A stretch of 64,000 bases of DNA, from NCBI GenBank assembly GCA_028826165.1, contig JAPDFW010000022.1, positions 504,758 to 568,757 of the forward strand, written 5' to 3'. Numbering within the stretch: position 1 is the stretch's first letter; every line of letters begins with the position of its first letter. The notes beneath the pieces are model-generated. The model did not search any database, was not told the origin of the DNA, and saw nothing but the letters and a program-made list of their open reading frames with translations. The translations under genes were made by a program, and so were the position numbers. The stretch is from Anaeramoeba ignava BMAN (lineage: Eukaryota > Protista > Anaeramoebae). This document shows positions 11,701 through 23,842 of the stretch, piece after piece.

Positions 11701-14700
11701 CAATCAAAAAAAGGATTTAAGAAGAAGTAAAACTTTTAAATTTCCAAAAAAAAAAAATAAATAATAATAAAAATAAAAATAATAATAATAATTGGGAAAA
11801 AGATTCAAAAATTTGATAAGCAAGAAATCAAAGGAAAAAACAACAAAAACAATCACAGAAGGTTCACTCGAACTCAAAAAAAGAATGCTCGCAGATTTCT
11901 TGTTTTTCTTAAGAAGATTCGATCAAGCAAGCAATTATTACAGACTAGCATCAAAGAGCTTCAACCAGCAAAACGCTTTGCTTTATCACGCAATGTCAAA
12001 CGAAATGGCGTTCCTTTCGCAATTTTTACACCAAAAAAAAATCAAAGAGAAAAATCTCAAATCCATTTTCGAAATTTACAAAAAAGAAGACAAACAGGAT
12101 TTCCTTGCTCGAGCTTATTGGTTGGCAGCAGATTGCTACAAAATCTTACCAAATAAGCTTCTGCAATCAGCAAAAACATTTAGCGAAGCATCGTTAACTA
12201 CCGCAAATCTCTCTGCAGGACTTTCTGCAGAACAGGCAGCATTTTGCTATCTTCTGAATCGCCCATCCTATTTTAGAAAATATGTTTCAGGATTAGTTTT
12301 TGCGGGCGAAATTTATACCAAAAGCAACGTACCGAAATACGCTATTCGGTGCTTTTCAAGAGCATTGATCTCGTTTAAGCAATCTAAATGGAGTCTTGCA
12401 TCAGATTTCATCACTTATGAAGTTGGGAATTGCTCGTTTCTTCTTCAAGAGATGGAGCAAGCAATAAAATTTTTCCAGAATCTCATTGGCTATTCACAAC
12501 AGTTACCCGAAATCCAGGAAAAATACATGACTTCCTTTATCACCGCATTCAGAATGTACCATCATGTTTCAAAAGCGCGAACAAACAACCTATTGCTTCC
12601 TATCATCCAAGAAAACAGCACAGAAGTTGTTTTGACAGACGATAATTTCCCAGAATTGACTGGATTCCAAATGGGACAGAACGAATGGGAAGCGATGGAA
12701 AGAGAGCTTCTTGATTTTGTTCAGAAGGAAAAGATCATCCAACAAAACAAAGACCAGCCAATCGAGATGATAAACGAAAATCTCAATAAAACTTCAAACG
12801 AAAACTCAACTGAAATCTCAACTGAAAATTCAACTGAAAATTCTGAAGTTCAAAATAAAATCAATGCAGGATATTTCGATGCTGCTCAAATAATCTCGAC
12901 TTGGGATTATGATCCAAATGAGAACAAGCTAACAAGGCAAAAGGTATCTGTTGTTGGCGAGCCAATCAAGGTTTCGTTTGTGATCGTAAATCCGATGAAG
13001 ATTTCTGTGAATTTCCAAAAAATACATCTTGTGGGAAGTTTTGAATCAGAGAAATTCCCAGCAGACCAACTCTCAAGAGTGCCTGTTCCAAAAAACATAG
13101 CCAACCAAACCTTGATTGAAAATAACATGCTTCTTTGCGAGGTTGTGTCTGTGAATCTGGGCTCCAATGAAACGCGCAAACTCACACTTCAAATCACACC
13201 ATTACGCGTTGGGATGCTCCACATCAAAGGAATAGAAGCAACTTTTGCAGATTCCATCATCAGTTGCATCGATTTCCAGCCCTACAAAAGAAGACTCAAC
13301 AGAACAAAGGAGCACAAAAAAAGTGTTATTTACGAATACGACAACAGCTTCAATATTCAAATCACACAAAAAATGCCCATGCTTGCGTCTAAGATTATCA
13401 GCATGTCTGCACTGGGGTATCAAGGATCATACAAAAAGCTAATAATGGAGCTTACAAACAACGGAAAAGTTCCCTTGGCAAATCTCTATGTCAAAATTGG
13501 ATTGCCCACTTTTTTCTATTTCGGTTCTGCTATTCGCGACAACAAACAACAAACTCAGGACGAATCATCCAAAGTTAATCCCGATCAAATCATCAAACTC
13601 GATCCCTTCTGAAGAGAATAAAGCAAACTACGACTATTCCATCGTCAAGCTCCACTCAGACCCTATCAATCCCGGAGACACAATTTCATTCCCGCTCTGG
13701 TTCTATACCTTCGAAACAGGAAGTCGATCCTTTCCCTTCTGCTTTTATTACGAAAGTAGCCCAGAAAACCCGGAAATGACTCACAGAATTCACCGCACTT
13801 TGACCCAATCCCGCATCTACAACTCCCTCAAAATTCATTCCTTTGTCAAATTGAATCCCGAAAATATCTCCTCAAAAATCCTCATCTTGAACATCGAAAA
13901 TCTTGAAAAAGAAAACCCTTTCCAGATCACACAAATCACCTCTTTTTCCGGTTCATTCTCAATTTCGCCATTTAATTTTAACAGAAACGATGATTCTGCC
14001 AAAAATAACGACTCCATCTTCACACTTGAACCATCTCAATCAACAACAATTTTCCTCCAAATTTCGCCGCTCCAAAAATCAGAGAAAAGCAAACTTGAAA
14101 CAATCAAATTAGAACCGTTTAAATTTATCAAAAATCGGGAAAAAAAGCGCAAAAAAAAGAAGCCGAAAAAAAGCGTGTTCATGAAATCCTTGTTTGTCCG
14201 CAACATCCAAACAACCAAATCAACAAGTCTTTATGATTGTGGAAAGTCTCCAAACTTTCCTTTTTTCCAGCATGAACGGATGAACAATTTGCTTCATTCC
14301 CAAAAAAAAACAGGATTTTCGAAATTTTTTATTCCCGATGAACTCAATTTGGTTCTTCTCTGGAATTGCCAAAATAAAATCCACGGACAACATAACATTT
14401 GCTTATTGAAAACAATGCCTGATGAAGAACACATAAGAAATTTTGCCGAGCCAAAATTATTCAATCAAATCGGATTTGAAAACAACTATGAAAAACCGAT
14501 CCAAATTTTAATCGACTCACCAAATGAAGTTTCTCATAATTTTCTAAAGACACCTTTACTTGTTGTTCCTGTTAAAATTACACTGGTAAATTCATCACAT
14601 TTCGACTTCAAAGTTGTTCTGAAATCATTTGATCCAAAAGATCCAAATACTTATCATCCGCCTTTTGCAAAAAGTCAAAATTCGCAAAATCAAGTCGATC

Positions 14701-14990
14701 CTGCTCTTTCTAGTTATTTTTTCTGGGCAGGTTTTACTTCCAAAACCTTCAAGATTTTCAAGTCAAATTCTCGCGTTGTTCTTCCTTTATCCGCTTGTTT
14801 TATGAACTCAGGCTTGTTTGATTTGCACCGATTTTCAATTGAAGCAACCCCTTTGTTTTCTCCTCCTAAAAAGTCTTCTTCTAATCCTTCTATTGATTCT
14901 CCACAAATTTCTATTGATTTTCCTTTAAAAACTTTGAAGTTCAATGATGTATTTGAAAATTTTATTCAAATTAATGATTCAACTGATTAA
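8797..14990 (+). CDS. TRAPPC8: TRAPP III subunit TRAPPC8/Trs85-like; introns 9191-11047, 11319-11414, 11727-11802; apparent +1 frameshift near 13610
   Basis: Spliced exons give LSFVDLIRPF, TPWF, DHPVACISVVSS, VLIHD, CFFLAINS, RMLADFLFFL, AGLSAEQAAFCY, RKY...AG and VVGEPIKV. All splice junctions preserve frame. Confidence 0.85.
9210..11040. repeat. Intronic 12-bp tandem repeat (AAATTATTATAT) in TRAPPC8 intron 1
   Basis: About 1.8 kb of A/T-only 12-mer between GTAAGA (9191) and TTTAG (11047). Confidence 0.95.
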
Positions 14991-15172
14991 CTTTCTTCTT
15001 TCTTCATGATTTTTTAAATAATTAAATAATTTCTTTCATTCATTCTCTTCTTCTTTTTTTTTTTTGAAAAACAAAAAACAAAATAAATTATCATTTTTCT
15101 TTTAAAAGCAAAATTTAAAAATTTCAACTTTAAAAATTCATTTTTTTCCTTTTTTTTTTTTTAAAATTAAAA

Positions 15173-18100
15173 ATGAACAAGCCAAAAATTTATTTCGCGT
15201 AAATTTTAAAATGAGAATTTTTGTTAATTAATTAATTATTTAATTAATCATTTATAAAAAAAAAATAATATATAAGTTATGGAAGTTCTCTTCGAGTTTT
15301 TTTAAATGCATTTAGACCTGATGTTTTTGAAAAATTTGATTTAGCATTTCCTCCTGAGAATGTTTTCATTCCAGAACAAAATGAAGTATTAAAACAACTT
15401 GGAATTTTTGATGGTTATATTGGAGTAAATTTTGTTTAAGAAAATAATATTTTTGAATCAAAAAAAAAAAGCAAAAAAAATTTTTTCCGTTTTTTTTCCA
15501 ATAAGATTAATCCAATTGATAAAGATTTTATTGATGCTGGAAAAAATCTTAAAATAATTTGTTCTTTGAGTATTGGTTATGATCATATTAATGTTCCTTA
15601 TGCAACAGAAAAAGGAATTTGGGTTTGTAATTGCCAAGAAGGACCAGAAAATTCAACTGCAGATCATACTGTTGGTTTGATGATTGCTGCTAATAGGCAA
15701 TATCATAAATCTGAGAAATTTTTAAGAGATGGAAAATGGAATGCTCCAAATTATGAAATTTCAATTGGTAATGAAATGGTTGGAAAACATGTAAGGGAAT
15801 TTATATTCCAAATATTTTAAATATTTCAATTTATATTTCAATTTATTTTAAATATTTCAATTTATTTCCATTTATTTCAATTTATTTCACATTTATTCCA
15901 CATTTATTTCAACATTTATTTCACATTTATTTCACATTTATTTCAATTTATTTCAATTTATTTCAATTTATTTCAATTTATTTTAAATATTTCAATTTAT
16001 TCCACATTTATTTCAATTTATTTCAATTTATTTCAAATTTATTTCAATTTATTTCAATTTATTTCACATTTATTTCACATTTATTTCACATTTATTTCAC
16101 ATTTATTTCACATTTATTCCACATTTATTTCAATTTATTTCACATTTATTTCACATTTATTTCAATTTATTTCACATTTATTTCAATTTATTTCAATTTA
16201 TATTCCAATTTATTTCAATTTATTCCACATTTATTTCCATTTATTTCAATTTATTTCACATTTATTTCCAATTTATTTCAATTTATTTCAATTTATTCCA
16301 ATTTATTTCACATTTATTTCCAATTTATTCCACATTTATTTCAATTTATTTCACATTTATTTCACATATATTTCAATTTATTTCAATTTATTTCACATTT
16401 ATTTCACATTTATTTCACATTTATTTCAATTTATTCCTCATTTATTTCAATTTTTTCAATCTATTTATTTCAATTTATTTCAATTTATTTCAATTTTTTT
16501 TTTTATTTCATTTATTTCATTTATTTCAATTTATTTTTCACATTTATTTCACATTTATTTCACATTTATTTCAATTTATTCCAATTTATTTCAGTTGTTC
16601 CAATTTATTTTCACATTTATTTTCAATTTATTTTCATTTATTCCACATTTATTTCAATTTATTTCACATTTATTTCACATTTATTTCAATTTATTCCACA
16701 TTTATTTCACATTTATTTCAATTTATTTCACATTTATTCCAATTTATTTCACATTTATTTCAATTTATTTCACATTTATTTCACATTTATTTCAATTTAT
16801 TTCAATTTATTTCAATTTATTTCACATTTATTTCAATTTATTTCACATTTATTTCACATTTATTTCAATTTATTTCACATTTATTCCACATTTATTCCAC
16901 ATTTATTTCACATTTATTTCAATTTATTTCAATTTATTTCACATTTATTTCACATTTATTTCACATTTATTTCACATTTATTTCACATTTATTTCAATTT
17001 ATTTCACATTTATTTCACATTTATTCCACATTTATTTCACATTTATTTCACATTTATTCCACATTTATTTCACATTTATTCCACATTTATTTCACATTTA
17101 TTTCACATTTATTTCAATTTATTTCAATTTATTTCAATTTATTTCACATTTATTTCACATTTATTCCACATTTATTCCACATTTATTTCAATTTATTTCA
17201 ATTTATTTCACATTTATTTCACATTTATTTCACTTTATTTCACATTTATTTCAATTTATTTCACATTTATTTCACACTTATTTCAATTTATTTCAATTTA
17301 TTTCACATTTATTTCAATTTATTTCAAATTATTTCAATAAATAAAGGTTGGTTTGATTGGTTTTGGGAAAATTGGACAATGTGTTGCAAGAAGACTTTCA
17401 TTAGGATTTGGAATGAAAGTTCATTATTTTGCTAGACATCAAGTTAGTGAAGAAATTGAAAAAAAATATGAAGCAGTTTATGAATCTAATTTGAATGAAC
17501 TTTGTGAAAAATGTCAATTCATTTCAGTCCATGTTCCTTTAAATAAAGAAACAACCCATTTAATAGGCAAAGAACAATTTGATCGAATGAAAGATGTCAT
17601 ATTTATCAATACTTCAAGAGGTCCCATTGTTGATGAACAAGCGCTTGTAGAAGCTCTTCAATCTAAAAATCTTCGTTCAGTTGGACTTGATGTTTTTGAG
17701 AATGAACCAAAAATTCATCCTGATTTAATTTCAAATCCTCTTGTTACTTTAACTCCTCATATTGGGTAATCAAAATTAAATCAAATCAAATCAAATCAAA
17801 ATTAAATCAAATCAAAATTAAATTAAAAATCAAATCAAATTAAATCAAATCAAATCAAATCAAATCAAATCAAATTAAATTAAATCAAATTAAATCAAAT
17901 TAAATCAAATCAAATCAAATCAAATCAAATCAAATCAAATTAAATTAAATCAAATCAAAATTAAATCAAATTAAATTAAATCAAAATTAAATTAAATCAA
18001 AATTAAATCAAATCAAAATCAAATCAAAATTAAATCAAATTAAATTAAATCAAATCAAATCAAAATCAAATTAAATCAAATTAAAATCAAATAAAAAAAT

Positions 18101-18692
18101 AAAATCAAAATTAAATCAAATTAAAATTAAATCAAATTAAATCAAAATTAAATCAAATTAAATCAAAATTAAATCAAATCAAATCCAAATCAAATCAAAA
18201 TTAAATCAAATCGAATTAAAATCAAATCAAAATTAAATTGAATCAAAAATTAAACCAAATTAAATTAAATCAAATCAAATCAAATCAAAATCAAAATTAA
18301 ATCAAAATTAAATCAAATTAAATCAAATAAATCAAATCAAATCAAATTAAATCAAATTAAATCAAAATCAAATTAAAGTAAATCAAAATTAAATCGAAAT
18401 TAAAATTAAATCAAATCAAATCAAAATTTAAATCAAATCACAATCAAATCAAAATCAAATCAAATTAAAGTAAATTAAATCAAATTAAATTAAAGTAAAT
18501 TAAATTAAATCAAATCAAATTAAATCAAAATTAAATCAAAATTTAAAAAATAAAAGTGGATCAACAATTGAAGCAAGATGGCGTTTAGTTGAAACTGCTT
18601 TAATTAATTGTGAAGAATTATTAATTAATAAAAAAGATCCTAAAACTCCAATTAATCAAATTTATGAAACAGAAAATAATCAAAAAAAATAA
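15173..18692 (+). CDS. D-isomer-specific 2-hydroxyacid dehydrogenase (glyoxylate/hydroxypyruvate reductase-like), 5 exons
   Basis: Exons approx. 15173-15198, 15277-15424, 15505-15790, 17347-17765, 18557-18692. Motifs SIGYDHI, STADHTVGLM, GLIGFGKIG, VHVPLN.ETTHLIG, INTSRGPIVDE, GLDVFENEP, TPHIGGST. Confidence 0.93.
15820..17335. repeat. Intronic 11-bp tandem repeat (ATTTATTTCAC/A) in dehydrogenase intron 3
   Basis: Visible 11-nt periodicity inside the intron 15791-17346. Confidence 0.95.
17768..18545. repeat. Intronic AAATC/AAATT microsatellite in dehydrogenase intron 4
   Basis: Visible 5-6-nt units inside the intron 17766-18556. Confidence 0.93.
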
Positions 18693-18865
18693 TTACAATT
18701 TCCAATTTTCAATTTCCAAATTTAAAAGAAAAAGAGAAAAAGAAAATTCTCAATAATAAAAAAATTTTTTTTTTTCAGTTTAATTTGTTTTCTTTTTTTA
18801 ATTTGAATTTGTTTTCTTTTTTAATTTGAATTTGTTTTCTTTTTGAATTTTTAATTGAAATTATT

Positions 18866-21800
18866 TTAAAAAATTAAAGTAAAAATGAAAGAAATTGTTT
18901 TAAAAATCCAAAAGAAAAGTTTTGAAGAAATCAAAACAGAACCTAAACCTCCAGTAAACATTAATCCATAAGCACTCCAAGAAAGATTTTTAAAAAATGA
19001 AGTTAACATTTTACCAAAACCTTCTCCAAAATTTTCCAATAATTTAATCCAAATAATTCCAATATCTTCAAAAATATTCATAAAAGGTTTAATTGGTGTT
19101 GGAAATTTATGATTTAATTCATTGTCTAAATCTTCACAAATTTTTTGAATTTTCTTTTCTTTTCCAGTTATTGTATCCCAAATTTTTGTTAATATTCCTT
19201 TCTCCTTTTCTTTTTCAGGATTGTTAATACATAATTTATTATAACGCTTTAATAAATTTTCTTTTTTTCTTTGAAAATTTTTATATTCATAATAATAAGA
19301 AGCAACAAAAAAAAATGTAAGAATTAATTTGAATATATTCATCCATTTTCTCCGAGCTATCTGTTTAGGATAAGTTTTTTGAACTTTTCCATCATTTTCA
19401 TCAATTTTTTGAACTTTTCCATCATTTTCATCAATTTTTTGAATTTTTCCATCAATTTGAACATTTTTTTGAACCATTTGAAGTTTTTCCTTTTTTTTAT
19501 TTTCATTTTTATTTTGATTCTCCTTTTCCTTTTCCTTTTCCTTTTCCTTTTCATTTTGATTTTGATTTTGATTTTGATTTTGATTTTCAATTTCAATTTC
19601 AATTTCAATTTGATTTTCAATTTGATTCTCAATTTGATTTTCAATTTGATTTTCATTTTGATTTTCATTTTCATTTTTATTTTCATTTTTATTTTCATTT
19701 TTATTTTCATTTTGATTTTGATTTTGATTTTGATTTTGATTTTCAATTTGATTTTCAATTTGATTTTCAATTATGCAGTCTTTTATCATTTCGTATATCA
19801 TTTTTAAATTGAAATTCTTTTTAATTTTGAACATTTGTTGCTTGAACTTTTTCATAATTTTGAGTATTTGTTGTTTGAGCCATTTCAAATTTTTCTTTTC
19901 TCCAGCATTTTCATTTTTTCCAATTTGATTTTGATTTTTAATTTGATTTTTTGGAATTTCTTTTTTTTGAACAGTTCTTTTCTTTTTTTGAAAAATAAAA
20001 ACTTTAATGAATGCCAATAATAATGAGATAGCAAGAATAGTAATAATGCCAATCCAAAAATATTGATTTTTTTTTGATTCAAAAAGAATAAATTGTTCAT
20101 CTTCATCATCAATAAAAGTTATTCCAGTTGAACGAGTATTTGAACTTTGATTTAATTTTTGATTTGAATTTGGATATTTAATTGAATTTGGATTTTGATT
20201 TGAAATTGAATCATCAAAAACAACTTCTGGAATTTTTTGATTTTGATTTTGATTTTGATTTTCGATTTCAATTTTATTTTCAATTTCAATTTCAATTTGA
20301 TTTTCATTTTCATTTTGATTTTGAATTTGATTTACGAAGTCTTTCATCGTTTTCAATATCATTTGGAAATCTAAGGTTTTTTTAATTTTTGCTCCTTGTT
20401 GTTTGAACCATTCGAAGCTTTTATTTTTTCCAATATTTTCCTTTTGATTTTGATTTTGATTTTGATTTTGATTTTGATTTTGATTTTGATTTTGATTTTC
20501 ATTTTGAATTTGAATTTGATTTTGATTTTCATTTTGATTTTCAATTTGATTTTGATTTTGATTTTGATTTTGATTTTCATTTTCAATTTGATTTTCATTT
20601 TGGTTTTGATTTTCAATTTCAATTTGATTTTGATTTTCATTTTCATTTTGGTTTTGGTTTTGATTTTGATTTTGATTTTCATTTTCATTTTCAATTTGAT
20701 TTTCATTTTCAATTTGATTTTCAATTTCAATTTGATTTTGATTTTGAATTTGATTTACGAAGTCTTTCATCGTTTTCAATATCATTTGGAAATCTAAGGT
20801 TTTTTTAATTTTTGCTCCCTGTTGTTTGAACCATTCGAAGCTTTTATTTTTTCCAATATTTTCCTTTTGATTTTGATTTTGATTTTGATTTTCAATTTCA
20901 ATTTCAATTTCAATTTGAATTTGATTTTGATTTTGATTTTGATTTTCAATTTGATTTTCAATTTGATTTTCAATTTGGTTTTCAATTTGATTTTGATTTT
21001 GATTTTGATTTTGAATTTGATTTTGATTTTGATTTTCATTTTGAATTTGATTTTGATTTTGGTTTTCATTTTCAATTTGATTTTGATTTTGATTTTCAAT
21101 TTCAATTTGATTTTGATTTTCAATTTCAATTTGATTTTCAATTTGGTTTTCAATTTGGTTTTCATTTTCAATTTCAATTTGATTTTCAATTTGATTTTCA
21201 ATTTGATTTTCAATTTGATTTTCAATTTGATTTTCAATTTGATTTTCAATTTGATTTTGGTTTTCAATTTGATTTTGATTTTGGTTTTCATTTTCAATTT
21301 GATTTTCAATTTGATTTTGATTTTCAATTTGATTTTGATTTTGATTTTCAATTTGATTTTCAATTTGATTTTCAATTTGGTTTTGATTTTGATTTTCAAT
21401 TTGATTTTCAATTTGATTTTCAATTTGATTTTGATTTTGATTTTGATTTTCAATTTGATTTTCAATTTGATTTTCAATTTGGTTTTGAATTTGATTTTGG
21501 TTTTGATTTTCATTTTCAATTTGAATTTGATTTTGGTTTTGATTTTGATTTTGATTTTGATTTTCAATTTGATTTTCAATTTGATTTTGATTTTGATTTT
21601 GATTTTGATTTTGATTTTCATTTTCATTTTCAATTTGAATTTGATTTTGATTTTCAATTTGATTTTCAATTTGATTTTGAGATTGTTTCATTTGTTCTTG
21701 AATTTGTTTGAAAAATTCACAATCAGGATGATTTGGATACATTGAACATAAATTTCTTATTTTTTCTCTTTGTGATTGTGTTAAATTTTTTGTTGTTTCT

Positions 21801-21871
21801 AATGCTTTTAATTCTTGGAAAAGAAAAAGTGAAAATAAAAGAAAATAAAAAAGAAATAAAAAGGATTTCAT
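18866..21871 (-). CDS. Signal-peptide, multi-TM protein with E/N/Q/I repeat expansions and a CLCC1/MCLC-like C-terminus (long paralog)
   Basis: Intact 1001-aa ORF with hydrophobic N-terminus and three further hydrophobic segments. C..KIWDTI..C..P...LLENFGEGFGKMLTSFFKNL resembles the CLCC1 core (recalled similarity). Confidence 0.7.
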   Translation of the reverse strand: MKSFLFLFYFLLFSLFLFQELKALETTKNLTQSQREKIRNLCSMYPNHPDCEFFKQIQEQMKQSQNQIENQIENQNQIQIENENENQNQNQNQNQNQIENQIENQNQNQNQNQNQIQIENENQNQNQIQNQIENQIENQIENQNQNQNQIENQIENQIENQNQNQIENQIENQIENQNQNQIENQNQIENQIENENQNQNQIENQNQIENQIENQIENQIENQIENQIENQIEIENENQIENQIENQIEIENQNQIEIENQNQNQIENENQNQNQIQNENQNQNQIQNQNQNQNQIENQIENQIENQIENQNQNQNQIQIEIEIEIENQNQNQNQKENIGKNKSFEWFKQQGAKIKKTLDFQMILKTMKDFVNQIQNQNQIEIENQIENENQIENENENQNQNQNQNQNENENQNQIEIENQNQNENQIENENQNQNQNQNQIENQNENQNQIQIQNENQNQNQNQNQNQNQNQNQKENIGKNKSFEWFKQQGAKIKKTLDFQMILKTMKDFVNQIQNQNENENQIEIEIENKIEIENQNQNQNQKIPEVVFDDSISNQNPNSIKYPNSNQKLNQSSNTRSTGITFIDDEDEQFILFESKKNQYFWIGIITILAISLLLAFIKVFIFQKKKRTVQKKEIPKNQIKNQNQIGKNENAGEKKNLKWLKQQILKIMKKFKQQMFKIKKNFNLKMIYEMIKDCIIENQIENQIENQNQNQNQNQNENKNENKNENKNENENQNENQIENQIENQIENQIEIEIEIENQNQNQNQNQNEKEKEKEKEKENQNKNENKKKEKLQMVQKNVQIDGKIQKIDENDGKVQKIDENDGKVQKTYPKQIARRKWMNIFKLILTFFFVASYYYEYKNFQRKKENLLKRYNKLCINNPEKEKEKGILTKIWDTITGKEKKIQKICEDLDNELNHKFPTPIKPFMNIFEDIGIIWIKLLENFGEGFGKMLTSFFKNLSWSAYGLMFTGGLGSVLISSKLFFWIFKTISFIFTLIF

Positions 21872-22099
21872 TTTAAAAAAATAAATGAAAAAAATGAAAA
21901 AATGAAAAAATGAAAAAAAAAAATATTTTTATTAATTTTTAATTTAAATTTAAAATAAAACTCGACAACTTTTTACTTATTAATTTTTTATTCAATATTT
22001 AAAATAAAATTCGACAACTTTTTACTTATTAATTTTTTATTCTAAATCAAAATTAAACCAAATTAAAATTAAATCAAATCAAAATTTAAAAAATAAAAG

Positions 22100-22235
22100 T
22101 GGATCAACAATTGAAGCAAGATGGCGTTTAGTTGAAACTGCTTTAATTAATTGTGAAGAATTATTAATTAATAAAAAAGATCCTAAAACTCCAATTAATC
22201 AAATTTATGAAACAGAAAATAATCAAAAAAAATAA
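22100..22235 (+). pseudogene. Orphan duplicate of the dehydrogenase last exon (copy of 18557-18692) with its acceptor and 3' region
   Basis: Appears identical to 18557-18692 at an offset of 3543 and is preceded by the same AAAAATAAAAG acceptor. No upstream exons were duplicated. Confidence 0.9.
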
Positions 22236-22410
22236 TTACAATTTCCAATTTTCAATTTCCAAATTTAAAAGAAAAAGAGAAAAAGAAAATTCTCAATAAT
22301 AAAAAAAATTTTTTTTTTTCAGTTTAATTTGTTTTCTTTTTTTAATTTTAATTTGTTTTTCTTTTTTAATTTGAATTTGTTTTCTTTTTGAATTTTTAAT
22401 TGAAATTATT

Positions 22411-23649
22411 TTAAAAAATGAAAGCAAAAATTGTTTTAAAAATCCAAAAGAAAAGTTTTGAAGAAATCAAACCCGAACCTAAAACTCCAGTAAACATTAA
22501 TCCATAAGCACTCCAAGAAAGATTTTTAAAAAACGAAGTTAACATTTTACCAAAACCTTCTCCAAAATTTTCGAATAATTTAATCCAAATAATTCCAATA
22601 TCTTCAAAAATATTCATAAAAGGTTTAATTAGTGTTGGAAGTTTTCGATGATTTAATTCATTTTCTAAATCTTCACAAATTTTTTGAATTTTCTTTTCTT
22701 CTCCAGTTATTGTATCCCAAATTTTTGTCCATATTCCTTTCTCCTTTTCTTCTTCAGGATTGTTAATACATAATTTATGATAACGCTTTAATAAATTTTC
22801 TTTTTGTCCTTGAAAATTTTTATATTCATAATAATAAGAAACAACAAAAAAAATTGTAAGAATTAATTTGAATATATTCGCCCATCTTATTATTCTCCAA
22901 ATATTCTGTTTAGGATAAGTTTTTTGAACTTTTCCATCATTTTCATCAGTTTTTTGAACTTTTCCATCATTTTCATCAATTTTTTGAATTTTTCCATCAA
23001 TTTGAACATTGTTTTGAACTTTTCCATCAATTTGAACATTTTTTTGAACCATTTGAAGTTTTTCCTTTTTTTCATTTTCAATTTCCTTTTCAATTTGATT
23101 TTGATTTTTAATTTGATTTTTTGGAATTTCTTTTTTTTGAACAGTTCTTTTCTTTTTTTGAAAAATAAAAGCTTGAATGCATGCCAATGATAATGAGATA
23201 GCAAGAATAGTAATAATAGAAATCCAAAAATATTGATTTTTTTTTGATTCAAAAAGAATAAATTGTTCATCTTCATCATCTATAAAAGTTATTCCAGTTG
23301 AACGAGTATTTGAATTTGAATTTTGATTTGAATTTGGATATTTAATTGAATTTGGATTTTGATTTGAAATTGAATCATCAAAAACAACTTCTGGAATTTT
23401 TTGATTTTGATTTTGATTTTGATTTTGATTTTCAATTTGATTTTCAATTTGATCTTGAGATTGTTTCATTTCTTCTTGAATTTGTTTGAAAAATTCACAA
23501 TCAGGATGATTTGGATACATTGAACATAAATTTCTTATTTTTTCTCTTTGTGATTGTGTTAAATTTTTTGTTGTTTCTAATGCTTTTAATTCTTGGAAAA
23601 GAAAAAGTGAAAATAAAAGAAAATAAAAAAGAAATAAAAAGGATTTCAT
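22411..23649 (-). CDS. Signal-peptide, multi-TM CLCC1/MCLC-like protein (short tandem paralog of 18866-21871)
   Basis: 412-aa ORF with near-identical N-terminus and closely similar C-terminus to the long copy, lacking its repeat insertions. Confidence 0.75.
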   Translation of the reverse strand: MKSFLFLFYFLLFSLFLFQELKALETTKNLTQSQREKIRNLCSMYPNHPDCEFFKQIQEEMKQSQDQIENQIENQNQNQNQNQKIPEVVFDDSISNQNPNSIKYPNSNQNSNSNTRSTGITFIDDEDEQFILFESKKNQYFWISIITILAISLSLACIQAFIFQKKKRTVQKKEIPKNQIKNQNQIEKEIENEKKEKLQMVQKNVQIDGKVQNNVQIDGKIQKIDENDGKVQKTDENDGKVQKTYPKQNIWRIIRWANIFKLILTIFFVVSYYYEYKNFQGQKENLLKRYHKLCINNPEEEKEKGIWTKIWDTITGEEKKIQKICEDLENELNHRKLPTLIKPFMNIFEDIGIIWIKLFENFGEGFGKMLTSFFKNLSWSAYGLMFTGVLGSGLISSKLFFWIFKTIFAFIF

Positions 23650-23842
23650 TTTAAAAAAATAAATGAAAAAAATGAAAAAAATGAAAAATGAAAAAAAAAA
23701 TATTTTTAAAATTCAAAATCGGAAAATTTGTTTTATTTGATTTGAAATTAATTGATTCAAAATTCAAAGTTCAAAATTTAAAAAAAAAAAGGAAAAGAAA
23801 AAGAAAGGAAAAAAACAATTATTTAATTAATCAATTAATCAA

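Noticed and set aside
19357-21745. Overlapping (KI)n and (IL/FN)n ORFs in other frames and strands, also at 27474-29013
   Set aside because: Shadow frames of the ENQ-coding repeats of the real genes
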